Assembly: GCF_031769215.1 (NCBI RefSeq)
Contig: NW_026782370.1
Location: forward strand, 868,001-932,000
Length of the DNA stretch: 64,000 nucleotides
Direction: 5' to 3'
Source: Ylistrum balloti
Taxonomy: Eukaryota
The position numbers and the translations under genes were made by a program. Below the pieces are notes generated by a model. It saw only the letters and a program-made list of their open reading frames with translations, had not been told where the DNA came from and did not search any database. This document shows positions 11,493 to 24,417 of this stretch, piece after piece. Numbering within the stretch: the first letter of the stretch is position 1; each line of letters starts with the position of its first letter.

Positions 11493-14054
11493 TTACATTG
11501 AAGATCTAGGACAACCTTCCTCGCTATTATTTGGAAAAACTGGTAAATATCAGTAATCAGAAACACTTCTTAAAATAAAGAAATTGTTAATTATCAATAT
11601 TCCCCCTCCCCCCACCCCCCAAATGTAAATGTACATTCCAAAGTAAGGTAAGAACGATCAATTTCAATATTTCCAATAATACATATTTTCCATATGTTAA
11701 CTAAATTCAACTCCCATTTATAAAGAAACAGTTGCAGTGAATATTAAACTACTTTTAACAACATTCTGTTTGCTTTTAACATTCAATACTAAATTTCAAA
11801 GACCAATAGTGGAAGAACCTCGACTCATGCTCAGCTGATACATAAAAAACTAAATCAATAAAAATTCCTGCAAATTTCAAATCAACACATTGTCGTACAA
11901 TTCAACTGCTGAATCGGATACTGTTACTATCAACAGACATAAAACAACATTTAATGTGATTATCTCTGAAATTCAATATTCTGTAGAAATTGATTATATT
12001 TTGTAATACACAAACAGTGTTGCTTCACTCAGTTGTAAGTAAACATTTCGATAGGGCAAAAGTATCGGATAATAACAAAATGTATAACTTTATTCCAATA
12101 AACATCCCCTACCCTTGTTCCAACTAGCCTTCAGTTACCCGGTAATAGGAAATATAAACGATGTTTATAGGTCTGCAACTTTGTTACAGCTATCTGGCTT
12201 TACACAATAAACAACACAATAAAGATCTTGCTAGCTTTAACACAAATGTTTTTACTTCTGGAACTAGCCACTGATCGATAAATCCCCTATTCTTTTGATC
12301 AATCATTAAAGATAAATCCACCCTGCTTTAAAACATATTTACTACAGAGAAATTCTCCCTGTCTGACCTCTATTTTATATCCTAGCTGCATGTTCTCCAA
12401 TATTCAATATGAGTTCCAATGTTAAGAAAATTGACCAATAACTACACAGAACCATTAAAACCAATCATTGTAACTGATTACATGGATCTGTGTGATTAAA
12501 GAGCTTTCCTCCCCAATAATCGTATCTGTGTCCTACAAGGGAAAACCATTTCATATCCGTCCCATCCTTCTGACATCATACGACCTGACAAAGAAAATTC
12601 TTAATACCTCATATTGCTTTTAATTTTTTGATGTGATTTTCCTTATCCTTGATGCCTTGATGTTTAACTAGAACTTCGATGGTTTGATGTTTAACTAGAA
12701 CTTCGATGGTTTGATGTTTTAGTTCTCATTTTCAGATTTTACAGAATGCTCACCAAAGTATCAAAATTGACACAATTACACACATGACTACCAAATAGCC
12801 TGAATTGATCACAAATGAAGTGTCAATGTTTGTCCCTGTCAAATATTGACACAGTAAAAAGCTACTAATCCGCTGAACCAGTCGCAGAGTACAGTAATTG
12901 ATAACGGCAATATCTACATCAGGTAAGCATACAATGAATGAATATACCTGATCTCTTCACACAACAGCTACCAACTGATGTCTGACAAACTCCAGGCTAT
13001 TTATAAATGTACCGAATCTGTCCCAGTAAATGCCCTATCACTGGTCATTGCCCCAAGGAAAAAATCTCCTTGAAGACCTTTCTAACTGGACAGTGTAATA
13101 CATATGTCTGTGTGAAGAAGCAGAGATAGAACTTCAGGGAGTCTTCAACAACATTTAAGAAGGAAAAATAATTTTACTGTAGAACTATATCCTTGTAGAT
13201 CATAAACCTATAACAGATATCCCTTCCTTCACTATTCATGGTAAAAAGTCTTAATAATCATATTTTGTTGCAACTAATTTTTCTACCAACCCCTGGGGCT
13301 TATAAGGATGTTGAGTTTTATAGTGTAATTCAAACATCTGTTTACAAGATTTCCCCGGTAAAATATTCCTACTAGTACCTAGTCCAGTGTAATACTATAC
13401 CCATGGAAAATTTCATTTCTATAAATCTCTCATTCAGTTTTATTTACAGTAGATACATATCTATGGTCAAATCAACACAAGCTCTTCTGCTCTTTATCTC
13501 CCCTGTATAAAATACTTCCGTTATGATACGAAAACTGACACTGCCGACATACAATACATAAATATATAGGAGATTGTGTCTGCATACCTGTTTGAGTCAT
13601 CTCTCCACTATTCCATTGTGCCAAGCTATTAATTGTACCTGTAACTGGTATTAATGCTACCTGTGCATATAGGAACCCTTGTGATCCCTAACAGAGACAA
13701 AACAAGCTCCCCTTAAGGGGACAGTAATCGGAAACTTTCTTCTATATCTCTAATACAATTTCATTTTGTCTTATTACCTGGCTGTGAGTCAAAACGGTGA
13801 ATCACAGAGTGTACTTATAAATCTTACAGAAATATATCACAATAATTAATATATTAATAAGTATTACAGGAATTATGTATACATCAGATAGAGTATATAT
13901 CTACATATACATGTCATACACTGATACTGTGATGGTAAATATAGGTACACATGAGATACACAAAAGTATCAACTATGAACATTACCATATAAACTGAAGA
14001 GGAGGTAGAGCAGTATGTTGTATGTTTCTGATCCCTCACACAAATTAGAATATA

Positions 14055-14926
14055 CATCATCCTAACACCTAACTGTCCCTACTGATCTACAACAGGAGCA
14101 TGGCACAGTACATCATACTAATACCTAACTGTCCCTACTGATCTACAACAGGAGCATGGCACAGTACATCATACGAACACCTAACTGTCCCTACTGATCT
14201 ACAACAGGAGCATGGCACAGTACACCATACTAATACCTAACTGTCCCTACTGATCTACAACAGGAGCATGGCACAGTACATCATACTAACACCTAACTGT
14301 CCCTACTGATCTACAACAGGAGCATGGCACAGTACACCATACTAACACCTAACAGTTCCTACTGATCTACAACAGGAGCATGGCACAGTACACCATACTA
14401 ACACCTAACAGTTCCTACTGATCTACAACAGGAGCATGGCACAGTACACCATACTAATACCTAACAGTTCCTACTGATCTACAACAGGAGCATGGCACAG
14501 TACACCATACTAATACCTAACTGTCCCTACTGATCTACAACAGGAGCATGGCACAGTACACCATACTAATACCTAACTGTCCCTACTGATCTACAACAGG
14601 AGCATGGCACAGTACACCATACTAACACCTAACTGTCCCCTGATCTACAACAGGAGCATGGCACAGTACACCATACAACAGGAGCATGGCACAGTACACC
14701 ATACTAACACCTAACTGTCCCTACTGATCTACAACAGGAGCATGGCACAGTACATCATACTAACACCTAACTGTCCCTACTGATCTACAACAGGAGCATG
14801 GCACAGTACATCATACTGACACCTAACTGTTCCTACTGATCTACAACAGGAGCATGGCACAGTACATCATACTAATACCTAACTGTCCCTACTGATCTAC
14901 AACAGGAGCATGGCACAGTACATCAT
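14055..14926. repeat. 56-bp minisatellite, about 15 copies
   Basis: catcatactaacacctaactgtccctactgatctacaacaggagcatggcacagta in tandem. Confidence 0.97.
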
Positions 14927-15004
14927 TCGTTTGTATTCCTTTATCACAGACAAACTTGACGATACATCTTCCTAATACCTAACTGTTTCCACTGATCTAC
15001 AACA

Positions 15005-15149
15005 CTTTCACCTTACATAATGCTGTTCTTCCTATATCTCGTTTCACCTTACATAATGCTGTTCTTCCTATATCTCGTTTCACCTTACATAATGCTGTTC
15101 TTCCTATATCTCGTTTCACCTTACATAATGCTGTTCTTCCTATATCTCG
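15005..15149. repeat. 36-bp tandem repeat x4
   Basis: tttcaccttacataatgctgttcttcctatatctcg. Confidence 0.95.
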
Positions 15150-15327
15150 TGTGTCTGAAAACAAATCAATGAAATATACAACCTCCTGCAATGAAACGAC
15201 CCTTCCACCAAACCTTTCCTTACCAATGACTGTAACCCTTACCACAGACTATAGAACCACTCCTTCAAATGTACTAGAAACTAGTAGTCAAGCATTCTAC
15301 TTGTGTACAGGGTAAAACATGGCTTAC

Positions 15328-15603
15328 GAAGTGAAGTTGTGGCACCGGCTGTCATCCGTGACAGAGCCGCAACTTGTGCTGGCGTGCGACGCCGCGGTGT
15401 GTACGTTGAATATCCTGAACTTGTGGCTGCAATTGAATATGGGCCTGGACTCGTGCGCCCATATGGACTTGGAGATGTCCGTCCATACGGACTTGGACTT
15501 GTGCGTCCATTGGCCAGGTCAACTGCACTGCTTGACCTCACGATTCTGTCCTTGGGTGTATTGGATGACTTACTGCTACTGCGTATAGGAGTATCAAGGT
15601 CAG
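15328..15603 (-). CDS. CLASP: CLASP exon (DLDTPIRSSSK...RSSSAVDLANGRTSPSPYGRTSPSPYGRTSPGPY...ATTSL), 276 nt, phase 1-1
   Basis: ctgttccag|CT...TTC|gtaagc; open Ser/Pro/Arg-rich frame; RSSSAVDL resembles CLASP RSRSDID. Confidence 0.9.
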
Positions 15604-16270
15604 CTGGAACAGTAGTGTGTCAGATGAAGAAGCAGACTGGAATACTGGGTGGGTGGGATGGGTGTGATAAGGATGGGGAGACAGGGATACAGGTGTAAGG
15701 GTTGGGCAGTAACAACTACTTGTTGGGCAAAGGAGGAACAGGGAGAATGAGGAAAGGCAACGTGTAAAAATCAAGACAAAAAAAAGTAAAACGTTACGAA
15801 AAACAAGGAAGTGACAAAAATAATAAAGACACTAACAGAGAGTGTTAGTACCTCGCTATAGGTCATATATACTTATACATACAGCGTTTATATATATTTA
15901 TATGATATATATAGTAGTATGCAATCAGTATATAGTAAACTGTTTCAACAAGATTTGTTTCCAAACAAAAAGAAATAAAATATTGAAATTGGTTTTGCTC
16001 TATGCTATGGTAAGTTGAGTTATCTCCCTTTAAACAGTTGAAACAGCTTTATGTACAGAACAGTTTAGATAAGAACTGCAAACTCAAAGCAAACAGAGTT
16101 GATGATTAAAGAAAAATATAAAACAAAGCATCAAACTTCTATACCAGCTAAAACATAAGCACAGCAGCAACAGTGTAGTAGAGATGTTTACATGGTCAGT
16201 GAGTACATGCAGGTCACATGATAGTCACATTACTGACTGGTCATGTGACCCAACCACCACTTTCTCTTAC

Positions 16271-16309
16271 CTTCCACAGTTGGTTCATGTTCCCCTTCAA
16301 CATCCATGT
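16271..16309 (-). CDS. CLASP: CLASP small exon (DMDVEGEHEPTVE), 39 nt, phase 1-1, probably cassette
   Basis: Long pyrimidine tract tttttccttttcatttctcatatcacatccag|AC...GAAG|gtaaga; frame-preserving. Confidence 0.8.
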
Positions 16310-18392
16310 CTGGATGTGATATGAGAAATGAAAAGGAAAAAGTGATCGTATAAAGAAAAAAAAAACATGCTGGCAAAAAATTGTGCATTCCAACAAAACC
16401 AATCATTCTACTCATCGTTATCACTCTTTCAACTAACAAGCCATTTGCTATATGCAAACCAGCATTTTCACATTTGAAATCAAGTTAAAAGAATCATGCT
16501 TCTTTGTAAGTCAAGAGGTTTGAATCCATCACCCTGGAGTTGTTTTGTTTCAGAATTCTCTGAAGACCGGTATATCTACCACATCCAAACAGTCACCTAA
16601 TATTCCTCTGGCAATAGAGTTTAATATGTGATTTTATCATACATACGTTCCAACACCAAAGTAAAACCTGTTATGTTCCACTTTCAGAGAAGCTAAAAAG
16701 TTTAGTTATTTGCCCAGCAGTTGCTTACCAATCTCTCACACAAGCAGTGCACGCTGTATAATATGTAGGTATGTGATAGTAGTCTGCCACTGGATATATA
16801 ACCTTGACAGACAAATTTCATGTACAAAATAAGCAACCCCATAAAATCGGCATAAATCTGTATCATGCACAAATCCAATTAGTAAGTTGATATTTGTAAA
16901 AACCAATATTTTTGTACCTTGGTCACCCCTTCATATTGTTCAGGATTATAATAGTACTGCTTGTTTAACCATGAATTCTTCCACTATCTAACAAACAACT
17001 TTAAATTCTAAATGTCATGCTTTGGTAAACTTAAACTACAATGTAATTTGAATATCATATCCCCACACCATCTAGTATCTAACATCAAGAACCTTACATG
17101 ATATATAAATTGTGTTAATGATTCAAACATGCCACCACTCCATCCAGGAACCAAAAGTAAATTGAGCAGCAATTCACTCATGACCATTTTATGATGTATA
17201 GCTACACATAATTTATACAAAACAAATCAATTTGTCAATCACACAAAAATTACATTAGAGATAAATATTTTGTGTCCTTTCAATTCTTCATTATTGATTT
17301 CTACATAATAAACAGCAGGGAATCACAAGAACATTTCCTGTGAAGGTCATGTGGTTGAGGAAAATGTGATATAAAATGAAATGTGGTATTAAATATCATG
17401 ACAATAAGTGGTATCAGTTGTGTATGTCTGCAGATTCACATCCTGTGTTAATAAGTCTGGTGTACATTTTAGCCATACAATTCCTGATTATAGCTTAAGA
17501 TCAATTAGCACTGTTTAATATTGGCATGAATAACATGATGGAGATTTTGGACTCTGTAAATTTTGCGAAAGCCTGTGATTGTTTTTCACCTCATGCAAGT
17601 GGTGTACACAGCGTAAAGGCAGATTCTCTTTTTCAGCCAGAAATAATACTCTTTTTCTAAATTGATTTTTAAAACTGTAAATCTTTCTCAGTTTGGCACA
17701 GGTATCTTTTTCAAGAATGTTAAAATCACATCTTCAGAAAGAAAAACATCTGACTGATTTCAGGGACCCATTGGATCAATGCAATCTTTCAGAAGACTTT
17801 TGTGCTGCCACAGCCAACTGATAATACACATTAGAAATCCAGCATACAAAATAAAGCACATTTACAGTAATCTTGATGCTGTTAGTTAAATCATGCTCAA
17901 ATTTTTTCACAAAATAAAAAAAAGAGAAAAATAAATGAAAAATAAATGAAGAAAGAAAACCAATGAACAGGGATTTAACGGTTTCAAATAAAGTATGGGG
18001 GAGGAACACAGAACAAAGAAAAATTACGAATGAACAAGGGCAGGGTCACAGGGTCACGAGGGGGGTCACAATATTGGCAACAAAAAACAGGTATATATAG
18101 CAAATAAACAATATTTCAGTTGGTTAGGAAAGAAAATTAACCATAACCTTCGCAATCATTGTAAATTAATTGAAAATTTACTTATAAATTAATATTTCAA
18201 GCTTGAAATTAAAAGAATACAGTGAAATTAAAAAGACAGGAAAAGTGATTTACTGTGCAAACAAAGACACCAACAATTAGCAAAATGAATCTTAGTGAAG
18301 ATCAGAGACTGAAGAGAAGTATTTGTAGATTTTGTAGATGTGTGAGCGTGTGATATTGTGAACTAGCCTGGGGATGGTCAGATAGTATTTAC

Positions 18393-18451
18393 CTGCTCCT
18401 GTGTCACTACGCGCTGAACTGACTCTGGAATGCTTTTTCTTTCCTATCCGT
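18393..18451 (-). CDS. CLASP: CLASP exon (RIGKKKHSRVSSARSDTGA), 59 nt, phase 2-1
   Basis: ttcttttgtag|A...CAG|gtaaat; needed to bridge the phase 2 and phase 1 neighbours. Confidence 0.9.
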
Positions 18452-19073
18452 CTACAAAAGAATTCATTTACAATTTATAATTTTGGAATTCTGACTGAAA
18501 GAAAATTTTCCAGTGATTTTTCAACAATCTAATAAAGAAAGTACTGGGTATAGACATACTGATTATGGTATGCCCATGCTTGGTAACAATCCCAACAGCC
18601 TCAGATGAAATGCCAACAAATATGATACATCAATGTCCAGTAATAAGCCAACAAACTATTTTAGTTAGAGAAATCAATTGGTGTTTTTGGGACAGAAAGC
18701 CGACATTTTTTCTTCAATATCAGAATAAATGACTACACTAATCCAATACATTATTCAGCAAATGTCAATCAAGAAATGACTTTGGACAAGCTATCAGAGA
18801 ATAGACTCCGGGAAATTCCCATATCGGCAATCAATATCTTTATATTGGCAGCCATTTTGCTTATGAGAGTCATGTGACTATATCTGAAAGTGATTTAGTC
18901 ATGTGATACATGTTGTGTCCATACTTAATTGTATTTAGCGAAGTTCAGGCTAGTACGTAGACAAAATTAATTATAATGAAAACTCCATATGCTGTTATGA
19001 TTGAAGAGTGAAGAGAATTGTTTTCTGGGTAATATGACAGGACTTCAATAGGCCAGATATGTCTGTTGCTTAC

Positions 19074-19277
19074 CCAAGTGTACTGGAGTCAAATCCACGA
19101 TCCTGACTTGCTGATCGTGGCCGAGATTTTATACGTAGCCCCTCTGCACTGTTTAAGGAGTTATTACTTGATGAACCACTCAGTTCTCCTTGAAGCATCT
19201 TCTGTTTGGCAGGCTCCAAGGCATTGAGAAGGGCATCAGCCTGATCCTTAAAATGTTCCGCAAATCCCCAAAAAGCC
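19074..19277 (-). CDS. CLASP: CLASP exon (AFWGFAEHFKDQADALLNALEPAKQKMLQ...), end of TOG2, 204 nt
   Basis: ttttctctttcctcctcag|G...TGG|gtaagc; homologous to CYWGFHSHFSREAEHLYHTLE. Confidence 0.97.
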
Positions 19278-19564
19278 CTGAGGAGGAAAGAGAAAACTTA
19301 AGTTGACTCAAGCAATCAATATCAGGTCATGCATGTATGATGAATAGTCTACAGATATGATGCTTTTATTATTCAAAGAAAATTGGATACATCACGATGT
19401 GTCAATTTTTATTTCCAAATGTTTGTCGTATATACAAGATTCTTTCACTTGTAATGATATATCATGCCAGAATTAAATTACTCGTCCTACAGAGATGGGA
19501 GCTATCTCTGGTTTTGGGATCTAATGAGACCATCATCTGACGCCCGTGAACATGGTATACATAC

Positions 19565-19702
19565 TTGCGAGAAAAGGCCCTGGCGTCACTGTCTGGATCA
19601 CTGATTCCCCGTTTGATTGCATCCTGTAGGTTGGCTATGTGTTTCTCTAGGACGTGTGTTGGCCAGTGATGCAGCACCTGGTTCAGAATCTCACAACAAA
19701 AC
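19565..19702 (-). CDS. CLASP: CLASP TOG2 exon (FCCEILNQVLHHWPTHVLEKHIANLQDAIKRGISDPDSDARAFSRK), 138 nt
   Basis: gtattttatag|G...CAA|gtatgt; homologous to EWQTHSLERH...KGIHDADSEAR. Confidence 0.97.
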
Positions 19703-19900
19703 CTATAAAATACATACAGATTTTCTTAAAGCACACCACTAACAGGAGTTTCCTAAATCAAAGGGCAGATAAAACAGATACTTACTCAAGCAATAATAAG
19801 TCATTTTTAAAGAAAACATTTTATTCTTTTATTCATTTAATTTTCAAAAGCTGTATCAATGGAAAAATATCAATGATAACAAGATCAAGAGCTGATCTAT

Positions 19901-21030
19901 CTGTGGATAATACCCAGGTAAAAGAGGTAGTAAGACAAATCTTACAGGTAAAAGGTCACATGTCCACTTACCTGTGGATAATACCCAGGTAAAAGAGGTA
20001 GTAAGACAAATCTTACAGGTAAAAGGTCACATGTCCACTTACCTGTGGATAATACCCAGGTAAAAGAGGTAGTAAGACAAATCTTACAGGTAAAAGGTCA
20101 CATGTCCACTTACCTGTGGATAATACCCAGGTAAAAGAGGTAGTAAGACAAATCTTACAGGTAAAAGGTCACACGTCCACTTACCTGTGGATAATACCCA
20201 GGTAAAAGAGGTAGTAAGACAAATCTTACAGGTAAAAGGTCACACGTCCACTTACCTGTGGATAATACCCAGGTAAAAGAGGTAGTAAGACAAATCTTAC
20301 AGGTAAAAGGTCACATGTCCACTTACCTGAAGATAATACCCAGGTAAAAAAGGTAGTAAGACAAATCTTACAGGTAAAAGGTCACATATCCACTTACCTG
20401 AAGATAATACCCAGGTAACAGATGTAGTAAGATAAATCTTACAGGTAAAAAGTCACATGACCACTTACCTGCAGATAATACCAAGGTAACAGATGTAGCA
20501 AGACAAATCTTACAGGTAAAAAGTCACATGACCACTTACTTGCGGATAATACCCAGGTAACAGATTTAGGAAGACAAATCTTACAGGTAAAAGGTCACAT
20601 GCCCACTTACCTGAAGATAATACCCAAGTAAAAGAGGTAGTAAGACAAATCTTACAGGTAAAAGGTCACATGCCCACTTACCTGAAGATAATACCCAGGT
20701 AACAGACCTATTAAGACAAATCTTACAGGTAACAAGGTAACATGTCCACTTTCCTGTGGATAATACCTAGGTAACAGATTTAGTAAGACAAATCTTACAG
20801 GTTAAAGGTCACATATCCACTTACCTGAAGATAATACCCAGGTAACAGATGTGTAGTAATACAGGTAAAAAGTCACATGACCACTTACCTGTGGATAATA
20901 CCAAGGTAACAGATTTAGTAAGACAAATCTTACAGGTAAAAAGTCACATGACCACTTACCTGTGGATAATACCCAGGTAACAGATTTAGTAAGACAAATC
21001 TTACAGGTAAAAAGTCACATGACCACTTAC
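19901..21030 (-). repeat. 71-bp tandem array x16 starting exactly at the 5' splice site; each unit GTAAGT...YAG
   Basis: Minus-strand unit GTAAGTGGWCATGTGACYTTTTACCTGTAAGATTTGTCTTACTA...TTACCTGGGTATTATCCACAG. Confidence 0.97.
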
Positions 21031-21101
21031 CTGCGGATGACATTAGACTTGGAGGTTAGGTTCCCTGTGATAATTGGTATCAGCCTATAAGAATGTGTGT
21101 A
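21031..21101 (-). CDS. CLASP: CLASP TOG2 exon (YTHSYRLIPIITGNLTSKSNVIRR), 71 nt
   Basis: cttctctcttacag|TAC...CAG|gtaagt; homologous to HTHIPRLIPVITSNCTSKSVAVRR. Confidence 0.97.
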
Positions 21102-21656
21102 CTGTAAGAGAGAAGAAAGTCTGGGTTATTCAACATAATCATAAATATTGTGCTTAATAAAATACCTCCATGATTTTCTTTTCTGACAACATCAATTCTA
21201 ATCCTGATTTTTCTAACTTTCCCAAAGTTACTTCAATGTTACCTGATACTGTATCAGCCATATAAAAGTATGAGAAACATCCAGATTTGTGAACTGAAAC
21301 TTCAGGTAAACATTCTACAGTTTAATGTGTATGGATGTTTCTCTTTCAGTACAATTACTATTGATAGATTTTTAAAGATGTCTTGATCTTTTCTATAACT
21401 TCCAAATTTACAAACAACATCAGATTATGATAACTTTGTGACAGCCCATTGTCTTCACAACTGTTCTTTGAATGTGTATCTAACGAAAATTGAAGTCAGA
21501 CTCCATAATGTCTAAATTCTTTAAATCAAACCATTTCTTTCAGAGAAAAAACTTCCTTGGGAAGGGGAAGTATATGAAAATAAATTCTGTACTGAAAACT
21601 TATGATAATAAGAGCTGATATCATTAACCAAAGAAAGTATTGGCAGCACTGTGTAC

Positions 21657-21792
21657 CTGAATGATGAATCGGATACAAATAATGCCTGAAGACGCCATGA
21701 CCTTGGCACTATTGGGGATGAGAGCTATGAGATTAGGCAGCTGCGTCTCCGTGAAGTGATCAAATCTATTGCCAAGCTGTTGTGACAGGTAT
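21657..21792 (-). CDS. CLASP: CLASP TOG2 exon (YLSQQLGNRFDHF...LIPNSAKVMASSGIICIRFIIQ), 136 nt
   Basis: tttgtgttgtag|A...CAG|gtacac; homologous to LGNKFDH...LIPNSAKIMATSG. Confidence 0.97.
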
Positions 21793-22203
21793 CTACAACA
21801 CAAATTACAAAATCTCCTTTAGTACATTTCATAACAAAATTTCAAAAACTTAAAACCAAAATGTAGGGAAGAGCTATACATTCCAAAAGCAGCTAGCAGA
21901 CACAGGTGATTCTCTACGTACCTTGAGAGAAATTTGTATAATAAGGTACAATCCCACAATATATAAACAAAGTATATGTTCCTATAGCAGTGAATGATCA
22001 CGATATAAATATGTATTTACTCTACATGTATACATAATAAATAATGATCAAACCACAAAATTTAACCCAAAATAAGCCCAGCGACCAAACTAGAAATTCT
22101 AACTGAAAGTTAAGGAGTGGATATATTCCAGGGCTAGGAAAGATAAATTTTTGTAATCAAATTCCACTGAACTGGCTTTTAACTAAGCATGTATTTACGG
22201 CAT

Positions 22204-23365
22204 TATCAATACACTATAAATACACATCTATTGTATCTAATTATCTAAGTATCAACATGGAAATACACTATAAATACACATCTATTGTATCTAAGTATCT
22301 AAGTATCAACAGGAAATACACTATAAATACACATCTATTGTATCTAATTCTAAGTATCAATAGGAAATACACTATAAATACACATCTATTGTATCTAAGT
22401 ATCAATAGGAAATACACTATAAATACACATCTATTGTATCTAAGTATCAATAGGAAATACACTATAAATACACATCTATTGTATCTAAGTATCAACATGG
22501 AAATACACTATAAATGTATCTAAGTATCAATAGGAAATACACTATTAATACACATCTATTGTATCTAAGTATCTAAGTATCAATAGGAAATACACTATAA
22601 ATACACATCTATTGTATCTAAGTATCTAAGTATCAATAGGAAATACACTATAAATACACATCTATTGTATCTAAGTATCAACATGGAAATACACTATAAA
22701 TACACATCTATTGTATCTAAGTATCAATAGGAAATACACTATAAATACACATCTATTGTATCTATATCAACATGGAAATACACTATAAATACACATCTAT
22801 TGTATCTAAGTATCAACATGGAAATACACTATAAATACACATCTATTGTATCTAAGTATCAACATGGAAATACACTATAAATACACATCTATTGTATCTA
22901 AGTATCTAAGTATCAACATGGAAATACACTATAAATACACATCTATCTAAGTATCTAAGTATCAATAGGAAATACACTATAAATACAACATGGAAATACA
23001 ATAGGAAATATAAATACACATCTATTGTATCTAAGTATCTAAGTATCAACATGGAAATACACTATAAATACACATAAATACACATGTATCAACATGGAAA
23101 TACACTATAAATATATTGTATCTAAGTATCAACATGGAAATACACTATAAATACACATCTATTGTATCTAAGTATACACATCATCTAAGTATCAACATGG
23201 AAATACACTATAAATACACATATTGTATTGTATCTGGAAATACACTATAAATACACATCTATTGTATCTAAGTATCAACATGGAAATACACTATAAATAC
23301 ACATCTATTGTATCTAAGTATCTAAGTATCAACATGGAAATACACTATAAATACACATTTATTGA
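22204..23365. repeat. AT-rich 45/46-bp satellite with variable 8-bp gtatctaa insertions; scrambled in its distal part
   Basis: gtatcaacatggaaatacactataaatacacatctattgtatctaa in tandem. Confidence 0.95.
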
Positions 23366-23554
23366 ATTAAATTATCTTAAGAATAAATAGGAAAATTAAA
23401 AATATTGGGGAGACTATTAAGAGATAAGAAATTGTTATCTTACAGCCCATAAATTCATGACCAAACCATTTATTGTGTTGTCATAAATTTCAAACAAGGA
23501 CGTGAAAGTGAGCTTCCCTGATTTACTGAAGTGACAGGTATGAGCCAAACTTAC

Positions 23555-23700
23555 GCTAGAGTGACACAGGCCTCTCTCACAATCTGTGAACGAAGGTCCT
23601 TGACCGCCATAGACATACAAGGTTCTAAAGTCCTCAGTTGAGAAAGGAAATCGTCATGTTGAGCACCTCCTGCAATCATGACGCCTCGCAACGTCTTCAT
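23555..23700 (-). CDS. CLASP: CLASP TOG2 exon (MKTLRGVMIAGG...KDLRSQIVREACVTLA), 146 nt
   Basis: tgttttatag|ATG...AGC|gtaagt; contains the KDLRSQ(V/I)VREAC signature. Confidence 0.98.
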
Positions 23701-23812
23701 CTATAAAACAAAAAAAGACCCACAGAATATTACATAACACTGTCATAGATTATAAGTAACACACATTTCTGATATACTGCAATAAGCCTAAGGAGTCAAC
23801 ACAAAGTCAACA

Positions 23813-24214
23813 ATGGGCTTATTACAGGACACTGAACAGCAAGAAATGTGGAGGATTTATCACCAAGCATGGGCTTATTACAGGACACTGAACAGCAAGA
23901 AATGTGGAGGATTTATCACCAAGCATGGGCTTATTACAGGCCACTGAACAGCAAGAAATGTGGAGGATTTATCACCAAGCATGGGCTTATTACAGGCCAC
24001 TGAACAGCAAGAAATGTGGAGGATTTATCACCAAGCATGGGCTTATTACAGGACACTGAACAGCAAGAAATGTGGAGGATTTATCACCAAACATGGGCTT
24101 ATTACAGGACACTGAACAGCAAGAAATGTGGAGGATTTATCACCAAGCATGGGCTTATTACAGGACACTGAACAGCAAGAAATGTGGAGGATTTATCACC
24201 AAGCATGGGCTTAT
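23813..24214. repeat. 56-bp minisatellite, about 7 copies
   Basis: atgggcttattacaggacactgaacagcaagaaatgtggaggatttatcaccaagc in tandem. Confidence 0.97.
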
Positions 24215-24324
24215 TTCTCAATATATATAGCAATAACAAATATCTATTATATGAACTGATTGAGATGTTAGAGTTTTGACAATGTTAGAAATACAGATGA
24301 TTCTATTGACTAAAAATAACTCAC

Positions 24325-24417
24325 CATATCAAGACGTTTTTCCCAGGCTGTGTTTGGATCGGAGAGCGTATCTCGGATCTTTGTCATCTGATCATGGAGA
24401 TCTCTTGAGGAAAACAA
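24325..24417 (-). CDS. CLASP: CLASP TOG2 exon (LFSSRDLHDQMTKIRDTLSDPNTAWEKRLDM), 93 nt
   Basis: tctgttttttcag|TTG...ATG|gtgagt; homologous to IYSSRDLEESINKIREILSD..WEQR. Confidence 0.97.

Noticed and set aside
15303-15774. ORFs 15303-15698(+), 15319-15588(+) and 15538-15774(-)
   Set aside because: Antisense or off-frame shadows of the CLASP exon 15328-15603 and its pyrimidine tract.
15852-15855. tag|CGAG|gtacta as a 4-nt microexon
   Set aside because: It would shift the frame, has no pyrimidine tract upstream, and the GTACTAAC is better read as a branch-point motif.
16729-16753. 25-nt segment between tacag| and |gtaagc
   Set aside because: Not frame-preserving (phase 1 in, phase 2 out); no supporting evidence.
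17776-18009. ORF/acceptor ...attatcag|TTGGCTG
   Set aside because: Stop codon in the CLASP frame, and no donor found.
14997-22523. ORFs KVKRDIGRTALC repeats (14997-15245) and LSINRKYTINTH repeats (22257-22523)
   Set aside because: Translations of 36-bp and 45-bp tandem repeats.
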